DNA of 64,000 nucleotides from Mobula hypostoma (Eukaryota): the NCBI RefSeq assembly GCF_963921235.1, contig NC_086097.1, forward strand, positions 213,592,001 through 213,656,000, in the 5' to 3' direction. Made by a program: the position numbers and the translations under genes. This document shows, piece after piece, positions 49,520 through 61,485 of the stretch. A model generated the notes under the pieces. The model was given only the letters and a program-made list of their open reading frames with translations, had not been told where the DNA came from and searched no databases. Positions within the stretch are counted from its first letter, which is position 1. Each line of letters begins with the position of its first letter.

Positions 49520-49995
49520 CAAATTGGCTTTCAGTATGAGGTAGCAAATTGGATTAGACATTGGCTTTGTGGGAGAAGCCAGAGAGTGGTAGCAGAAGGT
49601 TACCTCTCTGACTGGAGGCCTGTGACAAGCGATGTGTCACAGGGACGATGCTGGGTCCATTGTTGTTTGTCATCTCTATCAAGTATCTGGATGATAGTGT
49701 AGTAAACTGGATCAGAAAGTTTGCAGATGATGCCAAGATTGGGGGCATAGTGGACAGAAAGTAAGGGTGTCATAGCTTGTAGCAGGAACTGGACCAGTTG
49801 GAAAAATTGGCTGAAAAATGGGAGATGGAATTTAATGCAGACAAGTGTGAGATGTTGCACTTTGTGAGGACATACCAGAGTAGGATTTACACTGCGATCA
49901 GTAGGGCACTGAGGAGTGTGGTAGAACAGGGGGATCTGGGAATACAGATCCATAATTCCTTGAAAGTAGCATCACGGGTAGTTAGGGTCATTAAG
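49520..49995 (+). mobile_element. CR1 RT fragment
   Basis: WIRHWL..RSQRVV, KFADDAKIGG, WEMEFNADKCEMLHF. Confidence 0.8.
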
Positions 49996-50350
49996 AGAAT
50001 GTCTGGGGGTATGTGGGACTTTGTAAACATGCTGGCTACTTTACTGCGGTAGCAAGAATTGTAGACAGAGTCCGTGGAGGGAAGGCTGGCTTCTGAGATG
50101 TGCTGAGCTGTGACCAGTTTCTTGCAGTCATGGGCAAAACAGTTACTGTTCCAAGCTGTACTACATCAGATAGGATGTTTTCTATGAATAAAAACTGATG
50201 AAGTTCAAAGAGGACATGCCAAATTTCTTTAGCCTCCTGAGGAAGTAGAGATACTGGTGAGCTTTCTTGCCTGTGGCATCAGAGAGACTGGACCAGAAAC
50301 TTGAAGCTCTCCTAAATCTCTCAACCACTTCATCCTTAGCAACACACACA

Positions 50351-51221
50351 GAACGCAGCCTGCTACAGCCATTCTGACTAATTTTCTTACTTCTTTCTTC
50401 TTACTTTTATAACCTATGTTATTTGTTGTATTTTTTTCACGGTAACACGTTGAAGCTGCACCCTCTCTAACATGCTGGTGGCAAGAGCTTTATTTGGGTT
50501 TTTAGCGCTGGAAATAGTTACATTCGGACACATCTCATTAGCGAGGCAGCAGTATGGCCCTATTGTTTATTCCAGGGACCAGCTGATTGCGCTTATGCCG
50601 GCTGGTTTAGCGAACAGAGTGGCGGACACCCCTGCTGAAATCTGGAGGAAAACACACAGAGGATGCAGAGGGGGATCAGAAAGGTGAGGAAAGAGGACCG
50701 GATCGAGACAACAGAGACTTATGGAGAAGAGGAGTTCTCCACTTGGACTGCACGTGGACATACCTGACCAAAACTTTTCCATGGAGGGCTTCCAGACCGT
50801 TCGGGCTGACTGGAAATCCACTGAGAGCGGTAAGCATAAAGGAGTTGGGGGCTTGCTGTTCTGGTTAACAACGGATGGTGCAATCCTGGTCATATTACGA
50901 TCGAGGAACGTGTTTGTAGCCCAGATATTGAACTTTTTGCTGTTGGACTCCGGCCATATTCCACCGAGATACAACACTGGGCGTCACGGGAGGTTGTTCC
51001 TGCCTGTGGCCATCGAAATTGCAGCTCCTCCCATGGAGGGTCAGACACCCTGAGCCAATAGGCTGGTCCTGGCCTTATCTCCATCTGGCATAGTTTGCAT
51101 ATTGTTGTTTGATTGTTTGTGGTTTTTGTATTTCTATATTTATGCTCTATTCTTGGTTGGTGCAGCTGTAATGAAACCCAATTTCCCTCGGGATCAATAA
51201 AGTACGTTTATGTCTATGTCT
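50351..51221 (+). mobile_element. Internally deleted (non-autonomous) Rex1-type element keeping 5' end, ORF start and 3' tail
   Basis: ORF start MLVARAL..IVYSRDQLIAL, EN remnant IPDQNFSMEGFQTVRAD..GKHKGVG, then a jump to the 3' end RLFLPVAI and tail CCCTCGGGATCAATAAAGTA..(TATGTC)n. It splits GCAACACACACA|AATGCTGG of a PLE repeat. Confidence 0.75.
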
Positions 51222-51397
51222 AATGCTGGAGGAACTCAGCAGGTCAGGCAGAATCTATGGAAAAGAGTAAACCCTCGATGTCTCGGCTGGAAATGTCGAC
51301 TGTACTCTTTTCCATAGATGCTGCCTGACCTGCTGAGTTCCTCCAGCATTTTGTGTGTGTTGTTTTGGATTTCCAGCATCTGCAGATTTCTCGTGTT
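51222..51397. mobile_element. Fold-back PLE terminal-repeat hairpin
   Basis: 48-bp inverted arms 51222-51269 and 51303-51350 with one mismatch. Confidence 0.88.
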
Positions 51398-52916
51398 GCC
51401 CTTCACCCTTAGCACTGTTGGTACAACCAGGAGATGTGCACAGTCCTCCTTACTATTGGCGTTGACCAGCTCTATTGTTTTGCTGACGTTAAAAGAAAGG
51501 CTGTCGTCATGACACCTTGTCACTAGACTATCTCCTTCCTCTCCTTCCGCTCATCATTCCTTGAGATATGGCACTCTAAGGTGGTGTCATCTGCAAACTT
51601 GTAGGTGCGGATAGAGCAGAATCTGGCCACACAGTCATGAGTGTCAAAGGGTAGAGTAGGGGGACTAAATTTCCACCAATCTAACATCTTACTCTAGCTG
51701 AAGAGCTTGGATGCTATCCTCTGACCCAGTAAATCTGAAACAGGTGAAAGTACCACTAGTTTTATTTTATATGGTTTCATTCATTTTCCTGATTCATTTG
51801 CACAGTTCTTTCTCTGGCTCCCACCATATGGAATTCTGTTGATTTTCAAATTTTATAATCTCATATCTCTCTCGATTTTAGTCTTACTGATTTTTTGACA
51901 TTACTTATCAATAATAAGCTTAAGTATCCCTCTTCTCTTTTTTGCTTTCTCGGTTCTCTTAAAATCTGTCCAACGAAATTCAGATTTTTCTGATGATAGT
52001 GTTGTCTCTCAGGACAACATTGCATTGTGATAACCATCTGCTCCATTCATGTTATATCACATAAGCAGCCACTGCCTCAATACCCGTGGCACCTTCAGTT
52101 ACACAATAATCAACCGGCCCAGAATAAGCTGCTAATGGACCTCCATCCCAGGAGATAGTCATCCACTCCACTTTCTCCTCCCTCTTAGACCACTTAGCAC
52201 ACCCTAAGGGAAAACACAGAGCCAAATACATTGGTGTGATTGGCTCACACCCTGTTAATGGACCTAAAATTTGGGTTAAGTGATGCAACAGAATAAAGTA
52301 AATTGTGGAAAATTGCAGTGTTTTAAGTGAATCTTGATATACAAGCGTGGTCAATGCAGGCAGTGGTTTGTATGACAAATGTATTGGGATGTATTGAGAA
52401 TCTCTGCAAATCTCCGTTATACATTGGATGTTTCAAGCCTTACTAGTTATATTGCAATCTGACGAAAAACTCTTCATGCAAACCTAATTAACTGTATAGT
52501 CATGACTTTGAGAGCAAATTCTCTCCAAATTCTTTTGGTGATAAAGAACTACCAAGATGGCAAAAGTGGAGGCTTAAATTCAGCTGCTGCTTTAGTCTGT
52601 GTTTCATGTAAGACACACTTGAAGCATGTGTTATAAAATCATTATTGTTGTCAATAAGGTTGCCTGTTGGCAAGTTCTGTGGGTGGCATTTTGCTATACA
52701 GTCTTTGATCTATTTCTCCTAGTAGTGATTAAGTGTAGAATTTTGAATGTAACTTAAATATTCTGTACATCGCATTGAATAGCTCATTTGTCTATGGAGG
52801 TTTAAAGAAGATTTTGGAAACATTTTTTGGATACATTATTAAACTTCACCAGCCACTATTAATTGTTAATTATAAAATGCAGATAAATATCTAATATAGC
52901 AAATGATAAGATAAAG

Positions 52917-53096
52917 GTTGTTGCTGATGAGTGCCATTGAGTTGTCGTCATCGACTCAGAGGGTTTTTGTGGCGAGCTACAGGCCTTTCCTCCGCGCAGA
53001 TACTGCTGCTGCCCAGGTTGGGACCCAGCCGGATTTGAACTCAGGACCATCTGCCTCGAAGTCCAGTGCTGATGCCACTACACCACCAGCCAGCCC
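52917..53096 (-). mobile_element. tRNA-derived SINE with RTE-type (CAA)n tail
   Basis: Minus strand GGGCTGGCTGGTGGTGTAGTGG (A box) ... GAGTTCAAATCC (B box); tail GAGTCGATGACGAC..GGCAC..CAACAAC. Confidence 0.7.
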
Positions 53097-54584
53097 AAGG
53101 TAAAAGTACCGTGGAGGTACATGACACTCTCAGACCCTCTAACGTGTGAACACAATGTTTTGTGCGGCAATGAGAAAACAGGAAAAGAGGTCAGTGGCTG
53201 GATACATTAAAGTAAGTAGAAGTAAACGCTGTAAGTGCTGACTAGGCCAAAGAAACGATACTGAGAACGTAACTGGAGATCTGTCCCGCCGCCCGAAGGA
53301 GTATGGTCCCAATTAACCTATACCTTGGAGTCTTAGTGATCCTGGAACGCTCTGTGATGTGCACATATCAAACACACAGTATGCCTCAATGCCCAGCACT
53401 AATGAAAAATTGACCATAATACCTTAAATAATCTATCTCACAACTATGGTTACATGATATACTTTGACCTGATGATATGATTCTTTTTACTTTCAAAGAC
53501 ACTGGGTAAATCTTATGTCTATTCCCATATAATTCTCCACCAAATACCATGAAAGTAAAAATTTTGGCACTCTGCTCCTGTGTTTTCCATTGTGAAGACA
53601 GCAGAGTGACCCCAGCGATGGCTTCTCCCTTGCTTCCTGTATATTCTCTTAAGAAACCCCCTGAGGAATAATTTTAATCCTTTCAATTTCCTCATCTACC
53701 TTCCAACACTCAGAGGCATCATCTCCAGACTTCCCATATTCCTTCATACTTTAAATTTCCTTACAACATGGAAAGAGGTCATTCAAACTGGCCTTCAGAA
53801 TAATCCCATCAACCCATCAATCCACTCACTTCTCTACATATGCAAATGAGACTGTGTGTCAGAATGGCATTCCTAACCCTAGGCATAAGGAAAAGGCTAC
53901 TGATTTCCAGGTCAATCATTATGTGACTCCACTCATTCTTAGTGCCGCTGCTCCTGGAAGTCTTGTGTGTGCTTTCGTTTGCTCTGTGTGGCATCTGGGA
54001 TATTCCTTCTTATCGGTACTACCATCATGGGGGATTACAACTAATTAATTTTTATATATTCAGTATATTATTATAATTTACAGTATATTTATGTATTGCA
54101 CTGTACTGCTGCTGCAAAACAGCACATTTCTCAACATCATAAGCCTGATTCTAATTGATTTATCGCATGTACACAAAGAGTGAAATGTGTCATTTGCGAT
54201 AGCAACCAGCGCGCGCAGGTATGTCCTGTGGACAGCCCACGTGTCACCACACATTCCGGTGACAATATAGTATGCCCGCAATGCGCAGCAGAACGACGCA
54301 GACAGCAAAAACAAAACAAGACACCAACCAGCATCAAAACAGCCCCTTTTCCATCCCCGTCCCCAATTCACCCACCCACTCACCCACCTAGACAAACCCC
54401 TCGAAGCACCCACACTCAATATTTTGGGAGTAGCTTGTTCCCCTTTGCCTTCAGGAAAGGGTAAAGTCAGGCAGAGCAATAGTGATAGACTTGTTAGTTG
54501 GGGCGGGAGTGGGGGCAGACAGGAACTTAAGTGGCTGTGGAAGAGACACCAGAATAGTGTACTGCCTCCTGGTTGCTATTGTCA

Positions 54585-55445
54585 AAGATGTCTCATAGTA
54601 GCTGCTGACCATTCTCAAGGGGAAGGATGAGCAACTAGAGGTTGTCATACACTTTGGTACCAACGACATAGGTCAAAAGGGGGGTGGGGGGAAGAGGTCC
54701 TTTGCAGTAAGTATAGGGAATTAGGAAAGAGACTGAAAAACAGACTTTGAAAGTAGTAACCATGGGGTTTTTCCCGGTGCTGCATGCTGGCCAGGGCAGA
54801 AATAGAAAGACAAAAAGCAGATGACTGAGTGGATGACAAACCACAGGGACAGATGACTGAGTGGGTGACGGACGAGTATGGGGGAGGAACAGCAGGATTT
54901 CAAGTTAGATTGCTGAATCCCTTCGAGGACAGGTATGACCTGAGTAAGGATGTATAGCACCTTAACTGGCGTTGAAATTACATCCCAGCTGTCAGGTTTG
55001 CTAGTGCTTCTTGAGAGGGTTTAAACTATACGGGCAGGGGGATGGGAAGCAGAGCACCAGGACAAAGTGGACGGATTGAGAGGAAGGTAGATGAGCAATT
55101 AGAAATCTATGGCCTAATTACTGGCCATCTGCATGGCTTTGTGTGAGGCAAGTTGGATCTTACTAAGGATTGAGTTCTTTTTTTGATGAGAAGTGATGAA
55201 TACAATTGATAAAATAGAACAGTAGATGTTCTGTAAAAGGCATTTTGCCCAAGGTCCCTCATGGGAGGCTCATCTAGAAGATTAGGATGCATGGGATCAA
55301 TGATGAACTGGTTGTTTACATTTAGAAATGGCTTGCCCATAGAGGACAGAGGGTAGTGGTCGATGGGACATTTTCTGGCTGGAGGTCTATAACTGGTTGT
55401 GTTCCAAGGGGATCTGTATTGGGATTTCTGTTGTTTGTGAGATTA
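54585..55445 (+). mobile_element. Decayed CR1 with ORF1 SGNH-esterase remnant and RT fragment
   Basis: VVIHFGTNDIG at ~54641-54673; KVPHGRL and GSVLG remnants downstream. Confidence 0.7.
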
Positions 55446-55479
55446 ATATATATAGGTATATATTAATGTGTATGATGCC

Positions 55480-57530
55480 CTGACTAACCAAGGACCTCTG
55501 CTTTTTAAATATACTCAATGACTTGGATTCCACAAATGTTCGTGGCAATTAATTCCACAGATTCCATCCTCTGACTAAAGAAATTCTTTCGCCTCTCCAC
55601 TCTAAATGGACATCCTTCTCATGTGAGACTGTGCCCTCTGGCCCTATACTCACCCTCTGCAGTAAACATCCTCTCCACATCCACTCTATCTAGGCCTTTC
55701 AATATTTGATAGGTTTCAATGAGTTCACCCCCATTCTTCTAAATTTCAGCAAATACAGACCAAGAGCCATCAAATGCTATTTATATATTTTTTTTTCGTC
55801 CTGAACCCAATTGTTTCTTTGCAGGAGGTGAGGATAGCATTCTTCAATTGATTTCAGTGTTCTTCTAGCTCTTGGACGTCTCCGAACAAGAGTCTTTCAT
55901 GATCGTGACATCTGAACAGACACCAAAATGTTAGTGTAAAAAGCAGTGGTAATCCCAACGCTCCTGTATGCATCAGAAACCTGGACAACATACCGACGAC
56001 ATCTGAAGGCACTTGATAAGTTCCATCAAACGCTGTCTTCGAAACATCTTAAATATCAGCTGGGAAGATAGAAGAACCAACGTCAGTGTGCTAAATGAAG
56101 CAAAAACAACAGGCATTGAAGCGTACGTCATCAAGAACCAACTAAGATGGAGCGATCATGTTGTTCAGATGAAAGATGAACGTCTGCTGAAACAAATCTA
56201 CTCCCAGCTTAAAGAAGGCAAATGTAAAAGAGGCAGACAACAGAAGAGATTCAAAGATGTCTTAAAAGCCAACATGAAGAAATGTAACATCGACATCAGC
56301 AATTGGGAAACCAATGCCAAGGACAGGAAACTCTGGCAAGCCATCATCCGAGAAGGAACAGCAACTTTCGAAGCCAACAGATGTGCGGAATTAGAAGAAG
56401 AGAGAAGAAAATTGAAAGAGAGGCAGCAACAACCAAAGCCCGATCTACCATCTGGAACTACCTGTCCTGAATGTGGAAGAACTTTCAAAGCCAAAATTGG
56501 ACTTATAAGCCACTTGAGAGCCCATAAGTAGATCAACAGAATGAAGACCATCATCCTCGAACTCGATGGATAGCCACGATGATGAGGACTTATATATTAA
56601 CCCTTTCATTCCTGGAATCATTCTCGTGAAACTCCTCTGGACCTTTTCTTAGATTAGGGGCCAAAGGTGCTCACAATACTCCAGTTGCAGTCTGACCAAT
56701 GCTTTATAAATTCTCAGCATCACATTCTACTCTTCTCAAAATGAATACTAAAATTGCAATTGCCTTCCTTAATACCGACTCAATCTGCAAGCTAACCTTT
56801 AGGGATTCCTGCGCAAGTACTCCTATATCCATTTGCACCTCTGATTTTTGAATTTTCTCCCTGTTTAGAAAATAGTCTATGCCTATATTCCTTCTACCAA
56901 AAGTGCATGACCACACACCTCTCTGCACTTCTTTGCTCATTCTCTCAATTGTTCTGTAGTCTCCTTGCTCCCTCAGCACTCTCTGCCCCTCCACCTATCT
57001 TTGCATCATCTGCAAACTTGGTCACAAAGGCATCAATTCTGTCATCCAAATTGTTGTCAAATAAAGTGAAAAGAAGCAGCCCCAGAACCTTCCACTGCAG
57101 ACCACCACTAGGCATCGGCAGCCCTCTTTATCCTCACTCTTTGCCTCCTGCCTGTCAGCAGATCTTCTATCCATAACAGTGTCCTTCCTGTAAAACCATG
57201 GGCTTTTATCTTGCTAAGCAGCCTCATCTTCAGCACCTTGTCAAAGGCCTTCTGAAAGTCCAAGTAGGCAACATCCTCTGACTTTCCTTTGTCTATTCAG
57301 AGTGTTGTTTCTTCAAAGAATTCCAACAGATTTATCAGGCAATATTACCCCTTTAGGAAACCATGCTGACTTTGGCCTATTTATCATGCACCTCCAAGTA
57401 CCCCGAAACTCCATCTTTAATAATGGACTTCAAAATCTTCCCAACCACTGAACAGGCTAGCAGGTGTATAATATCCTTACTTCTTTTTTTGGAGTGTGGA
57501 GTGACAGTTACCATTTTCCAGTCCTTGGGA
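55480..57530 (-). mobile_element. CR1 fragment split by an RTE insertion
   Basis: CR1 3' and RT remnants collinear across 55790-56588. Confidence 0.75.
55850..56588 (+). mobile_element. RTE-clade (BovB-like) LINE 3' fragment with C2H2 zinc finger
   Basis: [69 protein letters not shown]; (GAT)n tail. Confidence 0.9.
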
Positions 57531-57607
57531 AGCTGCAGTAGTGGGCTGAAGGGTTTGTTCCTGGACTGCTCTATTTTATTCTGTTTTACTTGAAGTATGA
57601 CTGGGAA

Positions 57608-57757
57608 ATTTATTTAGAAGTACAGTGCAGAAGAGGCCCCTCTGGCCCAGCAAGCCACAAGGGAAAAAAGTACAAACTTTCTTTCAGATTGTGCTGGAAT
57701 TGAACTCCAAACTCCCATACCCCATGCTGTAATAGCATCGTTGTTACCACCACGTTA
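57608..57757 (-). mobile_element. Internally deleted V-SINE
   Basis: B box (GGAATTGAACTCC on +) and CR1-like tail, as in the other V-SINE copies. Confidence 0.55.
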
Positions 57758-58452
57758 CTGTGGATGACTGATAACCCAAGGGTGACGGGAGGGTGTGAGT
57801 AATCAGTGTCTGTGACTGATTGGGGTGTCTGGAAGTAGTCACAGAGTTGTGGTGCGGTTAAAGTGTCAGGGTTTATTCCTGAATGGGATGTGATCAAGGA
57901 GTTGGGTAGGATCGGGAGCTGGGGTGTGCTGAGAGACTTGAGGAGTTGTGCTGATTGGTTGCTCATGGGTAAATGGGAATTAGGTACAGAATTGTGGAGT
58001 TAACGGTGACCAGCAGTTGAGAGTGATGGCGATTGTGATTGGCTGGTAGGGGAATGGTGGGGATTTAGGGGTGAATGGAGAGTCAGAAAGTGATCATGTA
58101 TTAGGCAGTGGTTGGGTGTCAGGGCAACCAGTGGTAGGAAAATTCTGGTCCAATGTGAGGTCAGGTCTGTATTTAGGGGTAAACCTCTCTTATTTTCTAG
58201 TGTGTCTTCCGGCAGGATTAGGACAATACAATTCCTTTTCCCAAATGACATCAGAGTGCCCACAATATTCGGGTTTCTTCCAAGTGCTCAACTTTCCTCC
58301 CTCTTTCCAAAGATCTACAGGTTAGGGTTAGTAAGTCGTGGGCATGGTATGTTCGTGCCCGAAGTGTGTCAACCCATGTGGGCTGCCTCCAGCACATGCC
58401 GGACTGTGTTGGTTGTTGATGCAAATAATCGATTTCACTATATGTTTTGACG

Positions 58453-58825
58453 CCATCATCATGTGCCATGTCGTATGACGTAGGTGATCATGGCACCATG
58501 ACCACAATTGTTCTTGGCAGATTTTTCTACAGAAGTAGTTTGCCATTGCCTTCTTCTGTGCAGTGTCTTTACAAGATGGGTGACTCCAGCCATTATCAAT
58601 ACTCTTCAGAGACTGTCTGCCTGGCGTTAGTGCTTGCATAACCAGGACTTGTGATCTGCACCAGCTGCTCAGACGACCATCTACCACCTGCTCCCACGGC
58701 TTCACCTGACCCCGATCGGAGGCCAAGCAAGTGCCACACCTTGTTCAAGGGTGACCTGCAGGATGGCAGAAGGAAGGAGTGCTTTACACCTCCTTTGATA
58801 GAGATATATCTCCACCCCGGCACCT
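58453..58825 (-). mobile_element. SINE-like element with (GAT)n tail, nested in a Rex1-tailed SINE (58260-58862)
   Basis: TSD TATGTTTTGA (58441-58450, 58826-58835); minus-strand end GGCACATGATGATG. Confidence 0.65.
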
Positions 58826-59830
58826 TATGTTTTGATGTACGTGACAAATAAAGCCAATCTCTTTTAAGCACAAGGTGATTCCGAGCTGAAAAATCCAATT
58901 GAATTTCTGTAGTGCTAAAAGTAACAAAACGTTGCTGCCATTTTGTCATTCCCCACTCCATTTTAGATCTCATTGTACTGAAATAAAACCTGCCTGACAG
59001 GATCTAATATTTCAGCAATCAAGTTTCTTTCAAAGTGACTGACTTTGGGAACCACGTATGCAGAGGCTTGATGTCCCAACTGGAGTATAAGTGTCACATT
59101 TAATTTTTAGAGCAGTTGTCATATTACTGCCTATTATTCAATTTAATCATCTGCTTGATTAAGTATGCAAGGAAATGATGAGTCCAAGGTCCAAAGATGA
59201 TTAAAGAAACTAAAGCCGATTGCTGATGGCATCTAAAATTTCACTGCAGTTTCAAACAGTAAACAATGGCTATGATTTATAGATTTGCACTTGTGATCTT
59301 GAATCAGGAATACACAGATCATTGCCCATCTATTAAAAGCTTTGGCAGCATACTAGGCTTATGATTCTTGCGACTATCCACCATTATTGACAAAGCTAAC
59401 ATACCCAAGTGATTAGGGGGTTTCATAATTTTTAAAAATTTGTATATCTAGTGCTACAATGCAGCACAAGAATGGCATGCAGAGCAAGTAAACCAAAAGG
59501 GAGTATTACTGCACAATGGGAGTCGAGAACAGATATTTGTGCAATTGCAATGGCTACTGCTGGCAAATAAGACAGTTACAGGTTTATGTTGCAATTGTGG
59601 CTCATTACCTTGAAGGTAATTTCACAAAAACAGTTTAGGAATGTAAAGGTTAAGGTAAAATTTGATATCAGGGCAGATTAAGTGCAAAGTGGTACCCCAG
59701 TCCTTTCACAGCATTGTCAAAGATGATAACAAAATAACTGGGGAAGCACTTAGCTTTAAAGACAGCTGTAGCAGTGAGCTTCAGCTCTCTGCCTGCTGTG
59801 TGTACAAGCTGGATATTCCAATCCGTCCAA

Positions 59831-61485
59831 TCAAGTCAAGTCAAGTTTATTGTCATTAAACTATATACATGTATACTGTCAAATGAGATAACGTATCTCT
59901 GCACCAGGGTGTAAAGCACTGTAGTACACACAGCACACATATAAACACTCTATAATTTAGGAAATAACTAAGGAATTTAGAAATAATTAAGGATAAAATC
60001 TACAGATGAATTACGCATAGATAAACAAAGTAAAGTGCATAAATTAAATATCGTCAGGTTCGGAACTGATTAACCGGTGACACTTTGAATACGATGCGGC
60101 AGGGAGTTCGGAAGCCTAATGGCCTGAGAGAAGAAACTGTTTCCCATCCTGACCCTCTTGTTTTTATGCATCAGAGTCTCCAGCCTGATGGTAGAATTTC
60201 AAAGAGGATGCTGGATGGTTGTGTGGATCCTCGAAATACAAGGCACCCGGCGTTCGCAGCGCTCCTGATAAATGTCCCTGATGGATGGTAGGAAGCCCTT
60301 ATGATCCTCTCAGTCATTCTCGCAGTCCTTTGTAGAGACTTCCAGTCTGATGCTCGGCTACTCCCGTACCAGACGGAGATGCAGTGTGTCAGAGGGCGCT
60401 CTCAACGGTGCTCCTGTAAAATTCAGTTAACATTTTGCTGGGGGTGTGGAGCCTCCCTTGCCTCAATTGTCATAAGAAGTGGAGGCGCTGCTGTGTCTTC
60501 TTGTTCAGGGAGGTGAAGTTGAGGGACTAGGTGAGGTAATCTGTGATGTGAACTCCCAGGAACTTGGCATACTTAAATCTTTCTACAGAGGAGCCATGTA
60601 TTCGCAGAGGGGGATGGTTCATCTGCACCTTCCTAAAGTCCACAATCATTTTCTTGGTCTTCACGTTCAGACTTAGGTTGTTCTTCTCACACCAATCCAC
60701 CAGCCGCTCCACTTCCTCTCTATACTCTGCTTCGTCATCGTTCTTGATAAGGCCAACACTTGATGACACGGTTTGAGCTGGATGCTGCGACACAACACAG
60801 TCATGCATCCACAGTGTGAACCGCAGTGGGCTGAGCACACAGCCCTGGGGAGGGTCAGTGCACAGCGTAATGGGACTAGGGACATTGTTGTCTATATGGA
60901 CTAAGAATAGCCTTTCTGAAGTCCAGGATCCAGTTACAGAGGGAGATGCTGAGACCCAGTGAGGACGTTTCCCCATCAGTTTCTGGGGTACAATGGTGTT
61001 AAGTGCCAAACTGGTCCATAAGCATGCGGCCTAGCATACGAGATCCCATTTTCCAGGTATGACAGGACAGAATGGAGGACAGAGTCTATTGTATCATCAG
61101 TGGATTGATTTGAGCGATAAGCGATCTGGAAAAGGACCAGTGTTGTTGGGAGTAAGATCTAATGTGCTCTGTGACAGGCCACTCAAAGCATTTCATAATG
61201 GTTGATGTTATTGTCATTAAATCAGGTTACTGTCTCCTTCACTGGCACTAGAATGATAGTTGCCACCTTGAAAACCGAGGGGACAATACACTGTCCAATG
61301 GAGAGATGTTGAATATTGGTCAGCACCTCAGTTAGCTGGGTTGCGCAGTCTTTCAGACGCTGATCTGGTATGTTATCGGGCCCCACAGCTTTGCGTGGGT
61401 TGACCCTGGCCAGAGTTTTCCTCACCTCTACTTCAGCCATATGGAGTGGGAGGAGAGTGTCTTCCTCACCAGCACTTTGTTCTGT
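59831..61485 (-). mobile_element. Rex1/Babar LINE 3' half
   Basis: VNPRKAVGPDNIP, PQGCVLSPL, GLIKNDDEAEYREEVERLVDWCEKNNLSLNVKTKKMIVDFRK, KFLGVHITD; (TTGAC)n tail. Confidence 0.9.

Larger units (their letters stand above)
49996..51660 (-). mobile_element. Decayed Rex1 fragment hosting a nested PLE hairpin and a Rex1-derived element
   Basis: KFADDTT and LSFNVSKT remnants; TSD CTTCAYCCTTAGCA (50328-50341, 51401-51414) bounds the nested insertions. Confidence 0.65.

Noticed and set aside
53020..53096. Possible tRNA gene on the minus strand
   Set aside because: A and B boxes are present, but no convincing acceptor stem could be formed and it runs into a LINE-type tail; called a SINE head.
56013..56531. 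Host C2H2 zinc-finger gene
   Set aside because: The finger is the C-terminal domain of an RTE ORF. The upstream frame has a stop and a frameshift, and the fragment sits inside a CR1.
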